Below are positions 13,301 to 28,300 of a DNA stretch of 64,000 nucleotides, piece after piece. Origin of the DNA: Antedon mediterranea (lineage: Eukaryota; Animalia; Echinodermata); the NCBI RefSeq assembly GCF_964355755.1, contig NC_092680.1:2604001-2668000 (forward strand). Direction: 5' to 3'. Position 1 is the stretch's first letter, and the number at the start of each line of letters is the position of its first letter. Made by a program: the position numbers and the translations under genes. Under the pieces are notes generated by a model, which worked only from the letters and a program-made list of their open reading frames with translations, did no database searches and was not told where the DNA came from.

Positions 13301-16300
13301 TTCACATTGCCGCAAGGATTTAGGTTCCAACTAGCTTTGATATTTTTGTCGATTGTCTATCACCATAAATGGTAAACAAATATATTTTTTCAGAATCAAT
13401 ATTGTTTGAGTTGAATTTTTAATTGCCACGAAAAATACTTAAGTAGGTTTCAACATGCGACAATTTTCTTTTTATTGTAATAAATAATAAAATTTTATTA
13501 TTAATAATAAAGTTTCTTTATTTTAAAACGGAGGCTAGTTCACAACAAAATGTGTACTTCCACAAGGCCGTATGAAAGAAACAATTACCGTCTATTGTCT
13601 ATCATAATCAACAACAAACAGAATCGATAATGTTTGACAAGTTCTACGCAAACATTGGATGTCATTGAAGTCTTTAATTGCCACTGGTTCCAGTTGGCCT
13701 AGGTATTATCTATGACCTAAACAAAGACATTGCATTCGCACTGATGAAGTTTACAGTGTTTTAAAATATAACATTGTTATTTTTTTTTCAGGGTGACAAT
13801 AAATCTTTAATTGAAGAAATCTATCAGGCCAAACTTTGTAATTTCATATAAGTAAATATATGTGGTTTAGTACCACCTGGCTAGGCTGTGGAATGAGATA
13901 AACGTAATGCATGTGGTACTGTAGGTCGGTGATTAACAAGAACCATCTATACACTTAAAGCCTTCTAATCCATACTATGATTCAGTTCTAAGAATTTTGT
14001 CTTGGTCAAAATCAGAAACAGAGTACATGTGTTCAGGCTAATAAATGACTGGGATTCACTACCTAACTATGTTGTGACACAGGGAGGAACTTCCTAGTGT
14101 CACAATAACGTATCAATGAGTTTAAAGCTCTGTCTACCTTATCAAACTAGTTTGACAAAAAAAGTGTGATGTGCCCAAATATGGTAGTGATATGACATCA
14201 TCATGTCCATATATGGGCACATCACATAATTTTGTCATATAAAGTTTGACAGTGTAGATAGAGCTTAATAATATGAAGAGCTTAAGAGCCTTTTTTTGTA
14301 TGATTTCTATATAAGAACGGCGTATTATTATTACTGTAATTGAAGATGTATATTAATTTCTAAACAAATTACCTAATTTAGAGTATTGAGAAATTTTACA
14401 CTTATTTTGGATGTAGTTTTTCTTTGTATCAAATATCAATTTCCCCATTTACTCTTATTTGAGAACAATACAATGATTTAATTAAAATACCTGGTTCACT
14501 GGCTAGTGAACACCCATCGTACCCAGTCTTCTGGAACGTTCTGAGATCAGAAATTCCGCCGCCTCTTAAGATATCATATGTAGCTGAAATAATTAAAAGC
14601 AAAATTCACACAAATATTATCTAATATTTATATTCTTAAACAAAACGTTTCAAACAAATTTATGACTATTTCCACGACTATTTCCTCTGTCTGAAAAATG
14701 ACCAATGAATGTAATTAAAATTCATTTTAGCATAAACATGTCTTTTTTAAAATCTTCCATTGTTGATTTTTGATAGATGAGAACGTATCAAGAACAATTG
14801 TACACAAAAATGGACAATAAAAATCATATGTACTTCTTGAATGGAAAAAAAAAAAAAAATACTAGAAAAAAACAACAGCAAAAATGTAAATTCAATAAGA
14901 AATATACATAGTGAATTTGTAAATATAGTATTTGGTTAAATGTACAGATAATGTACAGATAATTTTATGCAGGAATAACATAACAGAGTCGACAATGTTA
15001 ACATTGGCATATTACAATACCACTAATGAGCTGGTTGTCAACAAAACACATTAAGCACATGTTATACTTGTACAAATCACTCCCTGTAATGCTATATCTG
15101 CTTCTAAGCTTGAATAACAAACATTAATGTATTATTCTACGGGGAGCCATAAGTGGCAAAAGTGTAGAAAAATTTATGATAATACAAAACTCTGAATAAA
15201 GTGAGCAAAGTCATTACGATTCAATATTTTATTTCAAATAATAAAAGAAATATCACTTGCGTCACTTTTATATCAAATTTAGGCATTTGTAGGAAGATAT
15301 AAATTGTAAAATATGGCAATATATTACTTGTCATACGTTGAAATGTTTTATTTTAAATCTGTAAGATTGTATCTTTGCTAAATACTAAGCTCAAATTCTT
15401 TACCACAGTCATGTACCAAAACACATAATTAAATGGTGGCCGAACGCACCAAATGATAAATAAATAGATGTGCTGCAGCTTTTAATAAACGGTGCCATTA
15501 AATGGCGTTTTCCAACTAAACATTCTGTTTAATTTAAATTGTCATTTAAAAAATCAGTTTCTACAGCCAATTTATTCACAATCCAATACGTTTCAGAAAT
15601 CCCTTTTCGCTGTACGCATTTGCTCTAACTAGCTTGATGTAATTGTTGCATTAACGGAAGATTTCAGAAAAGAAGCACATTAGTTTTTTTTCAATTTCAC
15701 TTATATTTTACCGGTTACAATTGAGCTGCTTACGTCACCAAATGCAATTGATTGCATGTTTCCAAAGTAAAATCTCTTTTAAACAAGCAATCTTTATTAA
15801 AATAAGCTTTTTAAAAAATGTAGACCTACTTGACAAATACATTGTAGTGTTTTTGAAAAGCATGTATAATATATGAGAATTAAAACTACACGTGTTTGAC
15901 GTCATATAATAAGAAATGACCTTGCAAATAACTATGAAGAATTTTTCTTGTAATGGTCAAATTGATAGAGCTCTTTGCACGTTGGTTTGTAATGACATTT
16001 GGCATTTCTGATTGGGAAATTTTGTGGTCAACATAAGGATTCATTGAGTAATTATTGTATTTGAATTGTTTTTCTCAACAGAAGAACATTTGAATAGAAA
16101 TTTCTTTCTTTTCCAATCTTCACACTCAAACTTCACACGCACAACGGTAAAGTTCCAGTTCCCATCCTAATCAGGATAAACTATAATATCAAATTTATTA
16201 TCTATAATGTGTTATGCTGAAATCCATCCATTATAAATCTACACGCTCAAACTTTATGTGACAAAAAATGTGATGTGCCCATATATGGACAAATTTAACT

Positions 16301-19300
16301 CCTGTGATTTGATGTTACTTTCGTTCTATAGATCCGTTATATGTAGTGTTTGGACGTATTGCCTCTCCTGTTGGGCTGGTAATGTTACCGGAGGGAATAA
16401 AGGACGCCTTGAAACTTTCATCCGTCGGGCTGGTAAAATGATTGGTCTGGAACTGCCTTCCTTTACCGATGTGCACCTAGAACACCTCCAGAAAGATTTC
16501 GAACGCATTGAGTCGGATGCCTCTCATCCTCTCCACAAAGTGATCATAGACCAACTTAATCCAAGTGGTAGATTGAGGCTCCTCAGTGTGAAAACAAATC
16601 GATTTGCTAAATCCTTTATTCCCTCCGGTATCATCCAGTACAACAGGAAGTCAAGAAGATAATTTTATATTGTAATTTTTTAGATGTTTTTATATGAATG
16701 GTTTTATGCTATTTTTGTTTTTATAGTGTTTTCTTTGTTATTATGACGAGCAATGAATTTCCTTTTTGAGGATCAATAAAAGTTATCTTATCTTATCTTA
16801 TAATGATGTTATATCACTACCATATTTAGGTATATCCCTACCATATTTGGGTACATAACACTTTTTAGTCAAACTATTCTGATAGTGTAGACAGAGCTTA
16901 ATGCAAACATGTGTCTTTAGGCCAAGTCCAGTACAAATCTCGTAATAATTACAAGCATGATAAATAAAAATAATAATGATAAAAAAATATACTTTACCAC
17001 ATAAGCCATCTTTATATTCTTGATTTTTGCTGACATATACAAGTTGTCGAACTTTTCTGTAAAAGAAAAAAAATCTGAATTAGTATTCTTATTGGTTGTA
17101 AAATATTATTTTCAGTCATATAATAGCATGTACTGTATGAATAAAACAGAATATATAACACCAAAATGAATTCCTGTCATTTGCTTGGACGCTTGTGAAT
17201 CACATGGCGTGCAATAGTACATACTATTTAATATTGGTTGAGAAGTATTTTATTATTATACACCAGTAACCAGTCAATAAAAATAAGGAGAAAAATATAC
17301 AATTTAAATACTGTGCATTTATCTGAATTAATAGTAATAGAATCTTGTGAAAGAAAAAATAGTAACTTTAAATGAGGTTGATTGATATTGATGTTGCCAA
17401 GGAAATAAATTACTTTATATTTAATTTAACCTAGTTACAATATTTATATTTTAACAAAGTATAAACAATCTGTGACAGTCCAAAAACTAATTAAGATGAT
17501 GCGCTGAGAAGTGAAGCTATTACGGTATAAAGTGTCCTAGTATAATCAAAATTGCATCTCAAAATAAAACCAATATTACAATCTGTGAGATCTCAATTTA
17601 TAGAGTTTAATACTGTAATGAAGATGACTCCAAAGAAGCAGGTTGATATTGTTTTTATTTGTTAAATAATAATATAAATTATTTGGAAGCTACACTTTTG
17701 TAATAGTCAATCAATCAATCATTATTTCCACCAAAATAACAAAAAGCTTGAAAGATGGGTTTGTAATCATCAAAGAAATATTTTATTTAAAAAAAAAGAT
17801 CATGTCCCGTTTGCTAGTAAGATTCACTCTACAATGTTGATAGAAAATAAGATTGTGGGCTTCTCTTAATTTTTTAAAAACTTTTAAGCTCTGTCTACAC
17901 TATCAAACTAGTTTGACAAACAAAGTGTAATGTGCCCAAATATGGTAGTGATATGCTTAAATATGGTAGTGATATGACATCATCATGTCCATATAGGGGC
18001 ACATCACACTTTTTTGTCACATAAAGTTTGTGTAGACAGAGCTTTAGGGTTTATGATTAAATATCAGTTATCAATCAATAATGACCAGTGATATTAAAGA
18101 TTGTACGATACAATGAATAAAAATTTACACTACTAAGTAAAATAGTAAATATTAGCTAGGCCTGTGTTTGAATTTAATAACTTGCAGAGTTAAACATATT
18201 TACCAGAAGTTCACTATGATTGAAAAGGGAATAGAGTTGATATGTCTGGATGTCACCCACATGATTATGACATATGAGGGATATTGTTAATGTTATTTAG
18301 CGAATATATCTGTCTGCTCAGATTTAATCAGCCTATAAATTTGGTATTAAAGAGATTACCTGCTCTAAAAAAATGTATTATCACTTTAATGATGTAATGT
18401 CCCCAAAAATCATGAAAAAGAATTAAATCATACTTTGAGTGTGTTATTTTGTAGTTTTAATAACGTTAATCACTTCCATAGAAAAAAATATTGAAAACAA
18501 ATTATGTTTTTACTTGTAAAAGACAAAATAAATGCTTCAACCAAAAACCTATTTTTTTATATTAACAAAATCTTCAAAGATGGTGATATGGATAATAATC
18601 GGTAATAAAAATTACACATGATTCTGAATATGACACTGACAGTACGACGATGAAAATTAATACCATGACCACTTCCTAGTTGGCCAATTGTAATTGAGAT
18701 TCATCAAGCTACATTGTGTCTGTTTTGTGTATTTAGTCTTAAGCTGATAATGAATATGTAATAATTAAAGCACTTATTGTGATTATACTTAGCCAGAACT
18801 CACAGTAGTAGTCTAATTTAGCGCGTGACTCTGGGTTAGTATTAAATATTATTAATTATACTGTATATTAACATCTAAATAAATTCCTGACTGACATTTG
18901 ATTGAACGATTTTGGGTCACATGGCGTGCAATAGTACAAACTATTGTTAGTACTCATAAACATTCATTATTTGTATATTATTTTATTTTTACATGATAAT
19001 AATATAAACAAACTCCTAAAAAAATGAGGCATAGCCATTATTTATAATATATACTTTCGTACATTATTTGTCTTCGGAAGATAAACAAATAAATTTCTAA
19101 ATAAGTTAGAACAATAATTTAATTTAATTTTACTGTAGAAAGCCAGTGAATAGATTCATTGTCATTTCTATCTCAGCTCACCAAATAAACTGAAAAATTC
19201 ATGATATTGAAATTTATTATTTAAGACTAGAAACGCAGATTTAAAGTGAAATACTGCAAATAGATCATTGTTTGGACATCAACATTTTTAGTGACGCCAC

Positions 19301-22300
19301 AAACCCCGTCGCGTAGTGGATAAAACATGTGTTTTGCAAAAACCACGGCTAGTAGAGCGTGTCACAAATCACACAATTTTAGCTTAAAGAAATTTTCACT
19401 AATATTTTTGATTAGCTGGAAAATTCAGCTTTGAAAAGGTGTAGTAAAATCACAACCTTGCTAATTAAACTAAAAGTTAAAGGTTAAAGGTTAAAGGTTA
19501 AACCTTAGTCTGTGTGTGTCTGCAATCAAACATTTTGCAATCAATCAAAAACTGATTTTTTTTCAAAATGGTTTACAACTATTCTTTCATATTCATAGAA
19601 AGTAAAATTATTTTTATGAAATTATTGCAGTATTGATTTTTTATTGATTTTAATGAAGTGACTGGAATCTGAAATATATTTCAAATTTGTAATATTTTCA
19701 AAAGATATCAAAATCACATTATACTCATTTTACCTAAATCCTTACAATATCTTCTGCTGTAAATGCAATAAAATATATTCATTTAATTATTTACAAATTC
19801 AACTCAATTGGGAAAAAGAGTTCTACGAAGAACTGATCGTCATAGAGACAGACAGCATTGACATTTATTTATTTATCCCTATTATTCCACTGATAGCAAT
19901 ATTTCTGAAAACAGAATTGCAACATAAAGTTTGCAGTACATTATGAATAAAAATGAAATAAAAATAAAGCTGAATATCTCTCTTTTGAAAAGCTCTGTCA
20001 AAACTAGTTTGATGGTACCGTACGTGATATAACATCATCATGTCCATATATGGGCATATCATCATTTTTTTGTCGCATAAAGTTTGATAGTATCTAGACA
20101 GGGCTTAAGTTTCAACCATCTTCTGGAATAATGATGGTTGTTGGTTGGGTAACAACCAAAACATCTAGAAATTCTCAAATTTATTTTATGTAGCATAAAA
20201 CCTTAATTTACTTGTGTTTATTTGTCAATAAACAATTTATATCAGTAACACTACAAACTGTAAATTTAATAAATTAAAAAATCTTTTTAACCAAAAAAAA
20301 AAAGCGCTGAGAGAAAAAACAGAAAGAAATTACAAAGAAAAAAGATGGGGTTTTAAGAGTGTTTTATTAAGAGTGTTTTATTAAGAGTGTTTTAGTATAT
20401 TTAAGAGTGTTTTATTATATTTAAGAGTGTTTTAGTATATTTAAGAATGTTGTAGTATATTTAAGAATGTTTTAGTATATTTAAGAATGTTTTAAGTATA
20501 TTTAAGAATGTTTTAGTATATTTAAGAATGTTTTAGTATATTTAAGAGTGTTTTAAGTATATTTAAGAATGTTTTAGTATATTTAAGAATGTTTTAGTAT
20601 ATTTAAGAGTGTTTTAAGTATATTTAAGAATGTTTTAGTATATTTAAGAATGTTTTAGTATATTTAAGAATGTTTTAGTATATTTAAGAGTGTTTTAAGT
20701 ATATTTAAGAATGTTTCAGTATATTTAAGAGTGTTTTAAGTATATTTAAGAATGTTTTAGTATATTTAAGAATGTTTTAGTATATTTAAGAGTGTTTTAA
20801 GTATATTTAAGAATGTTTTAGTATATTTAAGAATGTTTTAGTATATTTAAGAATGTTTTAGTATATTTAAGAGTGTTTTAAGTATATTTAAGAGTGTTTT
20901 AAGTATATTTTAAGTATATTTTAGTAACCCTTTCTAATCGTTTGACAAGATTAAACTGTAGCAGAAACATGATGTAACAAATACAAGCTATACCAGACAC
21001 AACAGGTAGCTTATTGATATTATGCGACATTAATATTTATCATACATATATATACATATATCACTATGTATATAAAGTTCATCATTTCAATTCAATTCAA
21101 TTCAACTCAACTTTTATTTCAGACAATTGTCAATACGGTATAATAATACATTAAAAAGAAAAAAAAAAGATGAAGGAGAGAGGACCAAAACTTTTATCTA
21201 TTGGTGTATAATGCCTCTCTCCATTTGTAGTATAATAAAAATGAAGCCATTATTTAACCTGAACTAGTTAATTCATCATCATCATTATTATTATTTATTA
21301 TTATAACCAGCAATGAAAAAGCAATGGTTGAAAATCCAGATTAAAAAAAAAATTCATTTATAGATGAAATTTCACTGTTCAATTAACAACCATCGTACTT
21401 GAACTTTAACCTTTACAGTATTCTATGACACAATAGATAAACCTGTCACAAAACATTTTTTAAACACATTGAACGTTTGCGCCGATGGCATTATTCGTGC
21501 ATTATACTCTCGACTAAAACCAAACACGGTAATTAATTAGCGAAACAAATGCATGGATCACCAATACTGTCACGCAAGAAGCTGTATAAAACGATGACAA
21601 GACGCAAATTGAGGATTTGGAGATGGTACACTTGATTTCTGTGTGAATGATTCCAAGGGAGAGAGGGAGGGAGTCGGTAACATATTATTTCATTGTAAAG
21701 CTTGGATTTCTTTTAAACAATTTTATTTTAAATTCAATACAACTGTTTCACAATATTCTGGAATACATTTTTAATGACAATATACTAAATATTTGATGAT
21801 GTTTTAAAGAGGAGATGTTACGATATTTTAAAAAAAATAAAAATTATACAGTTACTATACACAAATAACTACACCATCCGTCATCCAATTATTATGAATG
21901 TGCGTCATATCTATGATGTAGTTATGATTGTTATCACATTATATATTTATCTATTTGTGGCCTATGGTATCAATGCTTTCTTTACATTAATATGTATTGT
22001 TTTGTGTCATCTCCATAATGTTAAAGAGATAGCATTAACAATTAATTTATATATCCCTATCATACCCTTGTATTTCTGAATACATTTTAGAAAAATTATT
22101 ATTTTTCGTTAAACCAAATAGTAACTTTAAAAATATTCCATAGGCATTTCTACCAAAGCAAAAAAAATGTTTGGATTTTCTGAAAATTGTATTTGTGACT
22201 TGGATCATAAAGAATTCTTGTTGTAGAAGAATTGAAAAAAACTTTAAAACATTCAAAGGTCATTGAATTGACCTATGTTTGAGAAGAAAAAGGATTATTA

Positions 22301-25300
22301 TTATAATCGATTATTTCTCTTGTCCGTAGAAAATTTGACCTAAATCTTCAACTATGTATCTTCAAATCAACGAGTTACATAAGTTTTGGTTTTAAATGGA
22401 TATTTAAATAGATTATACGGATTATAATGTAAAGTAATTATTTTTCTTTGTAGATAAATGAAACAAACGGTGCTATGCTAAAAGGTTGTAATTATTTGTG
22501 CTGTTAAGCAACAATGATGAAGCGTGGAATTTGTAGATAATGTAATGGCTTGACATTGTAATGACAAATAATGCTGTGGATATTGCATATCAAATAACCA
22601 CACTTGGTAATTGTTTTTCTGGATTTTTTCTTGGTTATCTTTCAGAAATTTCATTTTTAATAGCCCAGTGAATAATATAACTTTAATATACCTAAATATT
22701 ATTTTGCTACCTTGAATTAAAAAATAAAATACAGATATTGTTTAAGCCAGGCGGTAAAAACTGGTACCAAGATGTGCTAGGCTGGAGTAGGTTTTACGAG
22801 GCATTTCACATGACTAGTACTGCATATAGGCCTAATAAATCAAAAGTCTATAAATGGGCCCCCACAGAAAACAGTCAAGTTATGAGCCTGTGTAGCCATC
22901 CGTATGGATTCAAGTTACCAATTTTTTATTACTGATTTAAGTTAAGTTTTTACAGAGGGTATGCTTGTAAACAAAAAAAAAGGGGGAGGAGGAAGACTTG
23001 AACTGAAATTGAAGGGAATGCTATTGTAATATTAATTAACTACTATATAGTATAATGCACATTCAAAACATTGTAATAAGGTTCTGAGCTAAGTACAGTA
23101 TGTATGGCTAGGCCTACAATAAACATTGATTTAAACTTATATAAACAGCCGCCAATGCAAATAAGCTTTAAGTGTAGGCCTAATTTACAATTGAGTCTAA
23201 TAATAAATAAGGCTAAATGTAATAAAAAAAAAGGCCAGGGTAATCTGAACGTACCCTAAGGGCTAATAATGTAAATACAGCAATTGGGCAAACAAATATT
23301 ATTGCATAAAACTACAATAAACATTGTATTGTATTGAAAAATCCAAGCCTAAGATTAGAATGGTGAGTGGTGGATGAATAAAGTACCTTGTGGTGAAAAC
23401 CTTGTTTTACTAACTGCAGACAAATTAAAGTTTTGTTAAGCTCTATCTACACTATCAAACTAGTTTGACAAAAATGTATGATGGGTTCAAATATGGTAGT
23501 GATATGTCAAAATATGATAGTGATATGAAATCATGTCCATTATATAGAACCATCACATTTTTTTTTCACATAAAGTTTGATAGTGTAGACAGAACTTTAG
23601 TTATCTGTGATTTCTGAATAATACTTTTTAACCAATTCCCACAAACATTATGATTCAGATTATATTAGTTCTACTACTCACCCTCCATATCCCACCTCTG
23701 GGGTGATGTGTACTTGTTGGGCAATGTTTTCTCCACTCTTTTTCTTTGAATACATTGTTCCTTCCCATGACTATATGGAAAATAAATTATGATTATGTTT
23801 TGAAACTAAAGGATTATGCAGGCTTTCAACTTCAAGTTAATAGGTTATATGGTAACTGATAATGAAGAAACAATTTATCTGACGGTGATAAATGTGTTGA
23901 TGAGGCTGCGTTTATCATCCATAGTATTTTTCAACTAGATACTTGTTTACAGCTGATCCTTACCTTTCCTTTTTTGAGCTGCGAGTATATTGTATCAAGT
24001 TGTTCTGTCTTATTCTTGTCACTTTGTGGTATGTCAGATATTTCTTTGCCTAATAATTCTTCGCTTGAAAATCCTATATAATGTTCGTAGGCGCTGTTCA
24101 CGTACTGGACCGTGTGATGATCGTCTGTTATGTGTACCCTATCGGACGTATTCTCTAACGCGGTGAACAGAGCTGCCGCGGCCCTGCGCAACAAAAAATT
24201 TAAGAAAATATTATTATGAACCTATTACAAAATAATAGAAATATTATAAATTCTATGATTTAAACAGCGACAAATAAAAAGGAATTCATCCAGTAGATGG
24301 CAGTAAATTAAATCACGCTTGAACGCACATGCTCATCAAAGCAAAATAATAGACACACTAAACTGTTGACATTTTATGCGCTTCGTTAAGCAACATAAAT
24401 GAATGCAAATATTCATGCAACCCTACCTCAAGCGGAAATGGTTCTTCACATCTCCATGCTCAAGTTGTAAAAGTTCATTCAAGCATGTTCCTGTGTTTGT
24501 GTTCTCGACAAAACGACGATTGAATCCGGCAGATAGCAGTGGTCCAACTGATATTTCATCTCTATCTGTGTTGCTAAAAAAAAAATAGAAAAAATTAGTA
24601 TCCAATGGGTAGCTCTTTTCTATCTGTAAGAATAGATATTTCCAAAGTAAAGCTCTGTCTACACTATCAAACTTCATGTGATAAAAAAAGTGATGTACCA
24701 TATATGGACCATATTTGGGTATATCACTACCATATTTGGGTATATTACCACCATATTTGGGTATATCACTACCATATTTGGGTACATCACATTTGTATTC
24801 ATCTTCCCTTTATTGTCCCGAAAGTTTACTAATTATTAGCATCATTTAAACGGTACAGGCCATGAAGGTATAAAGAACATAAGAAGAGGATAATTTTTTT
24901 ATTTTATTTCATCATCACCTCACAGTGACCATACGTAATATATCTGCCAGGGCTGATAGACATATAATATACGTTGACTATTATCGATCATTTTTTATTT
25001 ATAAAAACTGAAAAAACTTGTTCATAAAGCATACTGAATATACAATGTGTGGAAGACATCATTATCTCTCTATGTTAATTAGTTGAAAGGTGTCAACTAC
25101 TTTAGTGTATTTAATATTCAAAAATCAAAAGAATAGTTCTATTGTAATAGATAGTGTGCTTTGTCTTAGTAGTCTAATTAAGCATGTATTGATTAGCCTA
25201 ATGGTTTTCCTGTATCCTCTTGGAGGATACAGTGACATTGTGGGCGTTGAGTGGTTCAAATGCTTGCTTACCAATCCTCCTATCCCAATTTCCAATTTTT

Positions 25301-28300
25301 GAAGCGAGTTTTAATTGTTTGTCTTATATTTTAAATGTTTTATAACAATTATAATTTAAGGTGTCTAGGTAAACCTGATGAAGAGAGTATTACTACAGAC
25401 TAACATCACAAAGTATAACTCTTTCTTGAATGATTAGTAGAGAACAAGAATTTGTCAATGTAATCATTGACAAAACATATTCTTTTAAACAATGAAGAAA
25501 TAATACAATACATTAGAAATGGAGAAACAAGTGAATAATTCCTGACAGACTGATGTATGAAATCGGTATAGTAATATTTTACGTTCCATTTGAAACAAAA
25601 GATAATTTTAATTTTAGCGACTTTAGAACAATCACTAGCATTGTTAAAGAGTCAGAATTATTTACCAATTTTATATTTATTCTGACAAATTTCAGAAAAT
25701 GATTTTTTCTATGTGTATTTTATATCTATAAGGATAGAAATATCAAAAATAAAGAATTAATGAAATAACACAACACTAACAAAATATTAAATTAAAAGAA
25801 CATTTGAAAATAAAAACTGTTCACAGACAGTTTACTTTGTTTTTATAGTATAAAAATAAAACAAAAAAAATAATATGAAGATAAAATTATATATGGCCAT
25901 CAAACCAGTGTGCTTAATTGCAACATGTATTTTACTGTGATAAAATTATTGATTTCATACCAACCTTTTTTTCACAACAGCCAAAATTACTGAATGTTCA
26001 CTGTCCTTTGTAGCACGTACAGACCTGGTAAAGAACAACATTAAAAAGGAAAAAAAAGGATAAAATTTCAGTTTACTTCAGAGGAAAAAGCTTATGGCCG
26101 CAACGCAAGTATGTAAGCGCAATGCAAGCTAGTCGACCAATCACAACAGTTCTCATAATCCATCACTTATAATTTATCAAATTAACGGCATTGCACTTGC
26201 GTCGCATACTAGTGAACGTATTGTCTCCAAAAACATGAAAAATAATAATTAATAAAATGAAATGCTGAATAGGCCATTTCAAAGTTTTTAATCAAGTTAT
26301 TCACCTTAGAAAAAATAAATTAGTATTTCACAATATTTTGATCAGTAATACATATTCATTAATATTGCATACATTGTGAATTTTGCATATGTAGACAGTT
26401 GTATCAACAGTAAAGGGACTTCACAATATGTTAAAAAAATTATTGGTACTGATATAAAATTAATAATAAAGAAAACAGCATGAAAAATGCATACATCTGA
26501 ACACATGCTTTTTATATTTTACGACAAAGATTAGACTTTGTTTAGCATCTTAAATTTTCGTCCTAAATGTTTAGAATAAGTTTGTGTTGATATGCTAAAA
26601 ATGCAGGCAACGCAGAAGTACAACAGTGGTATGTAACCGCGTAGTGAGTGCAACCTCAAATTGGCATGAGAGCTATATTCAATGGTCTCTCTCCATGGTG
26701 TATCACTTTTTCAGATATCTACTGTCATAATTCAGTGTTGTTGTAGTTGCCTCTCTAGTCTCCCCTTCTCTCTCTCTTACTTATTATAAATAGCTCTATT
26801 ATAATTGTTAATTGCCCCATGAGGGATGAATAAAGATATTACTAATACAGATACTGATACCTTACCTGCATAAGGCAAGTGCATCAAAGCTCTTATGTCT
26901 GTGATCCACTATAATAAGTTCATGTCGTTTTTCTAAGTAGCATTCGAGGGCATCAACTTGGTTCAGAGCCATATGGCACTTATAACCTCCCTTATCAGCA
27001 GCCCACCAGAGTGCATCGCTCTGGCTATCTTCCTTGCCAAAAACTAGCAGTATCTGGAATACAATATATTGCAATTTAACCAAAGTAAAGACAAAATATT
27101 AGAATTAACTCAGATAAACACAATCTGCAAAAATTGCTTGAAAGTTTGTGATCAAAGATACAATACAACTCACAGTAACAGTGACATTGAATATTAATGC
27201 TTACTGGCTAAACCAAAGGGCCCCAGAGCTTATGGGTAAGAGCAGCCCCAACTACCCAGCGTTGGAGGACCCATTAGGAGTGCTAAACCGTGCCATGTCA
27301 TACCGTTACACAACTGACAACCTATTAATCATTCACGTCCAGAAGGGAAGCAGGGTATGAAATTTAAAAAATAGGAATGTTCTATCTGAGCGATCCATGG
27401 AGTTATGATTTTTTATTGCAAGCAATGTCATATTATAATTAGCGCCGTAACAGCAAAGTGTTCAGACTCGTTTAACTATTGATTTTGTTAGAAACTGAAG
27501 CATCACCAATTTGACCGCACATCTGGTATGCAGGAGTAAATTTGATTGGTTGAAAGTCAAAATCGTTGATGCATGACTTTCGTTTCGTAAGCGTTGTTTA
27601 CTAATCATGTACCTTGAGCTGTCGTATGAACGAAAAATCAGTGTCGTAAGAGGTGGCTTCCACTAATCTTTTTCTGGTTCAGACCTATGAAGTTGTACGC
27701 CGCGTACGATATGAAAGCATAAATCCGTAGGTCTGAATAGGCCTTGAGCCACAGCAAATTACTTATAAATTACTATGAGTATCCTTGGTTTACTAAGATT
27801 ACCACACTCCTTATCCATTAGTATTGAAAAACAATTAGTCTTAAAAGGGCCAAATGAAGATAAAATAATGCATTGGACTATGCTGGTTTGTGATTATAAA
27901 CAGTGGATAATGAATAGGTTGCAATATAAGTGCTCATCATATCCATTTTCCATGAGAAATAAATTTATAGACAATAAGCAATTAAATTAATGGTGAAAGT
28001 ACATAAAATGATGTTAAAATCAGACCTACATCTTCTTCTTAAACTATAGTATATAGTAGATCAATAGTACCCAAAACAGTGTCTGCTTAATGATGCTAGG
28101 GGTTTCCCCTTAATGGGGTGTTGGCTGTAGCATTAAAAACATATATTGCCCTTCATAATTTTCACTGAAAAGTGTCCCCTTACAATAGGGGTATCCCAAT
28201 AATCTGTTTTCAAATTGGAAATATCTGTTTGTTGACTACTTGTGTAGGAAAATGTCCAATTCAATATGGTCTAAATTATCATTTCAATACAGTTGAAATA

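Noticed and set aside
13738-13760. Other CTGATGA motifs (13741, 25375, 33001) as hammerheads
   Set aside because: No stem II and GAAA in the required spacing.
15730-15780. Possible extra PDE8 exon with a gtaagc donor
   Set aside because: Open frames give a phase incompatible with the next (phase 1) exon.
18203-18265. Possible alternative PDE8 first exon (MWVTSRH...)
   Set aside because: Splicing to the 17056 acceptor would create a TGA stop at the junction.
19476-19502. (AAAGGTT)n as an interstitial telomere
   Set aside because: Only 3-4 units and not TTAGGG.
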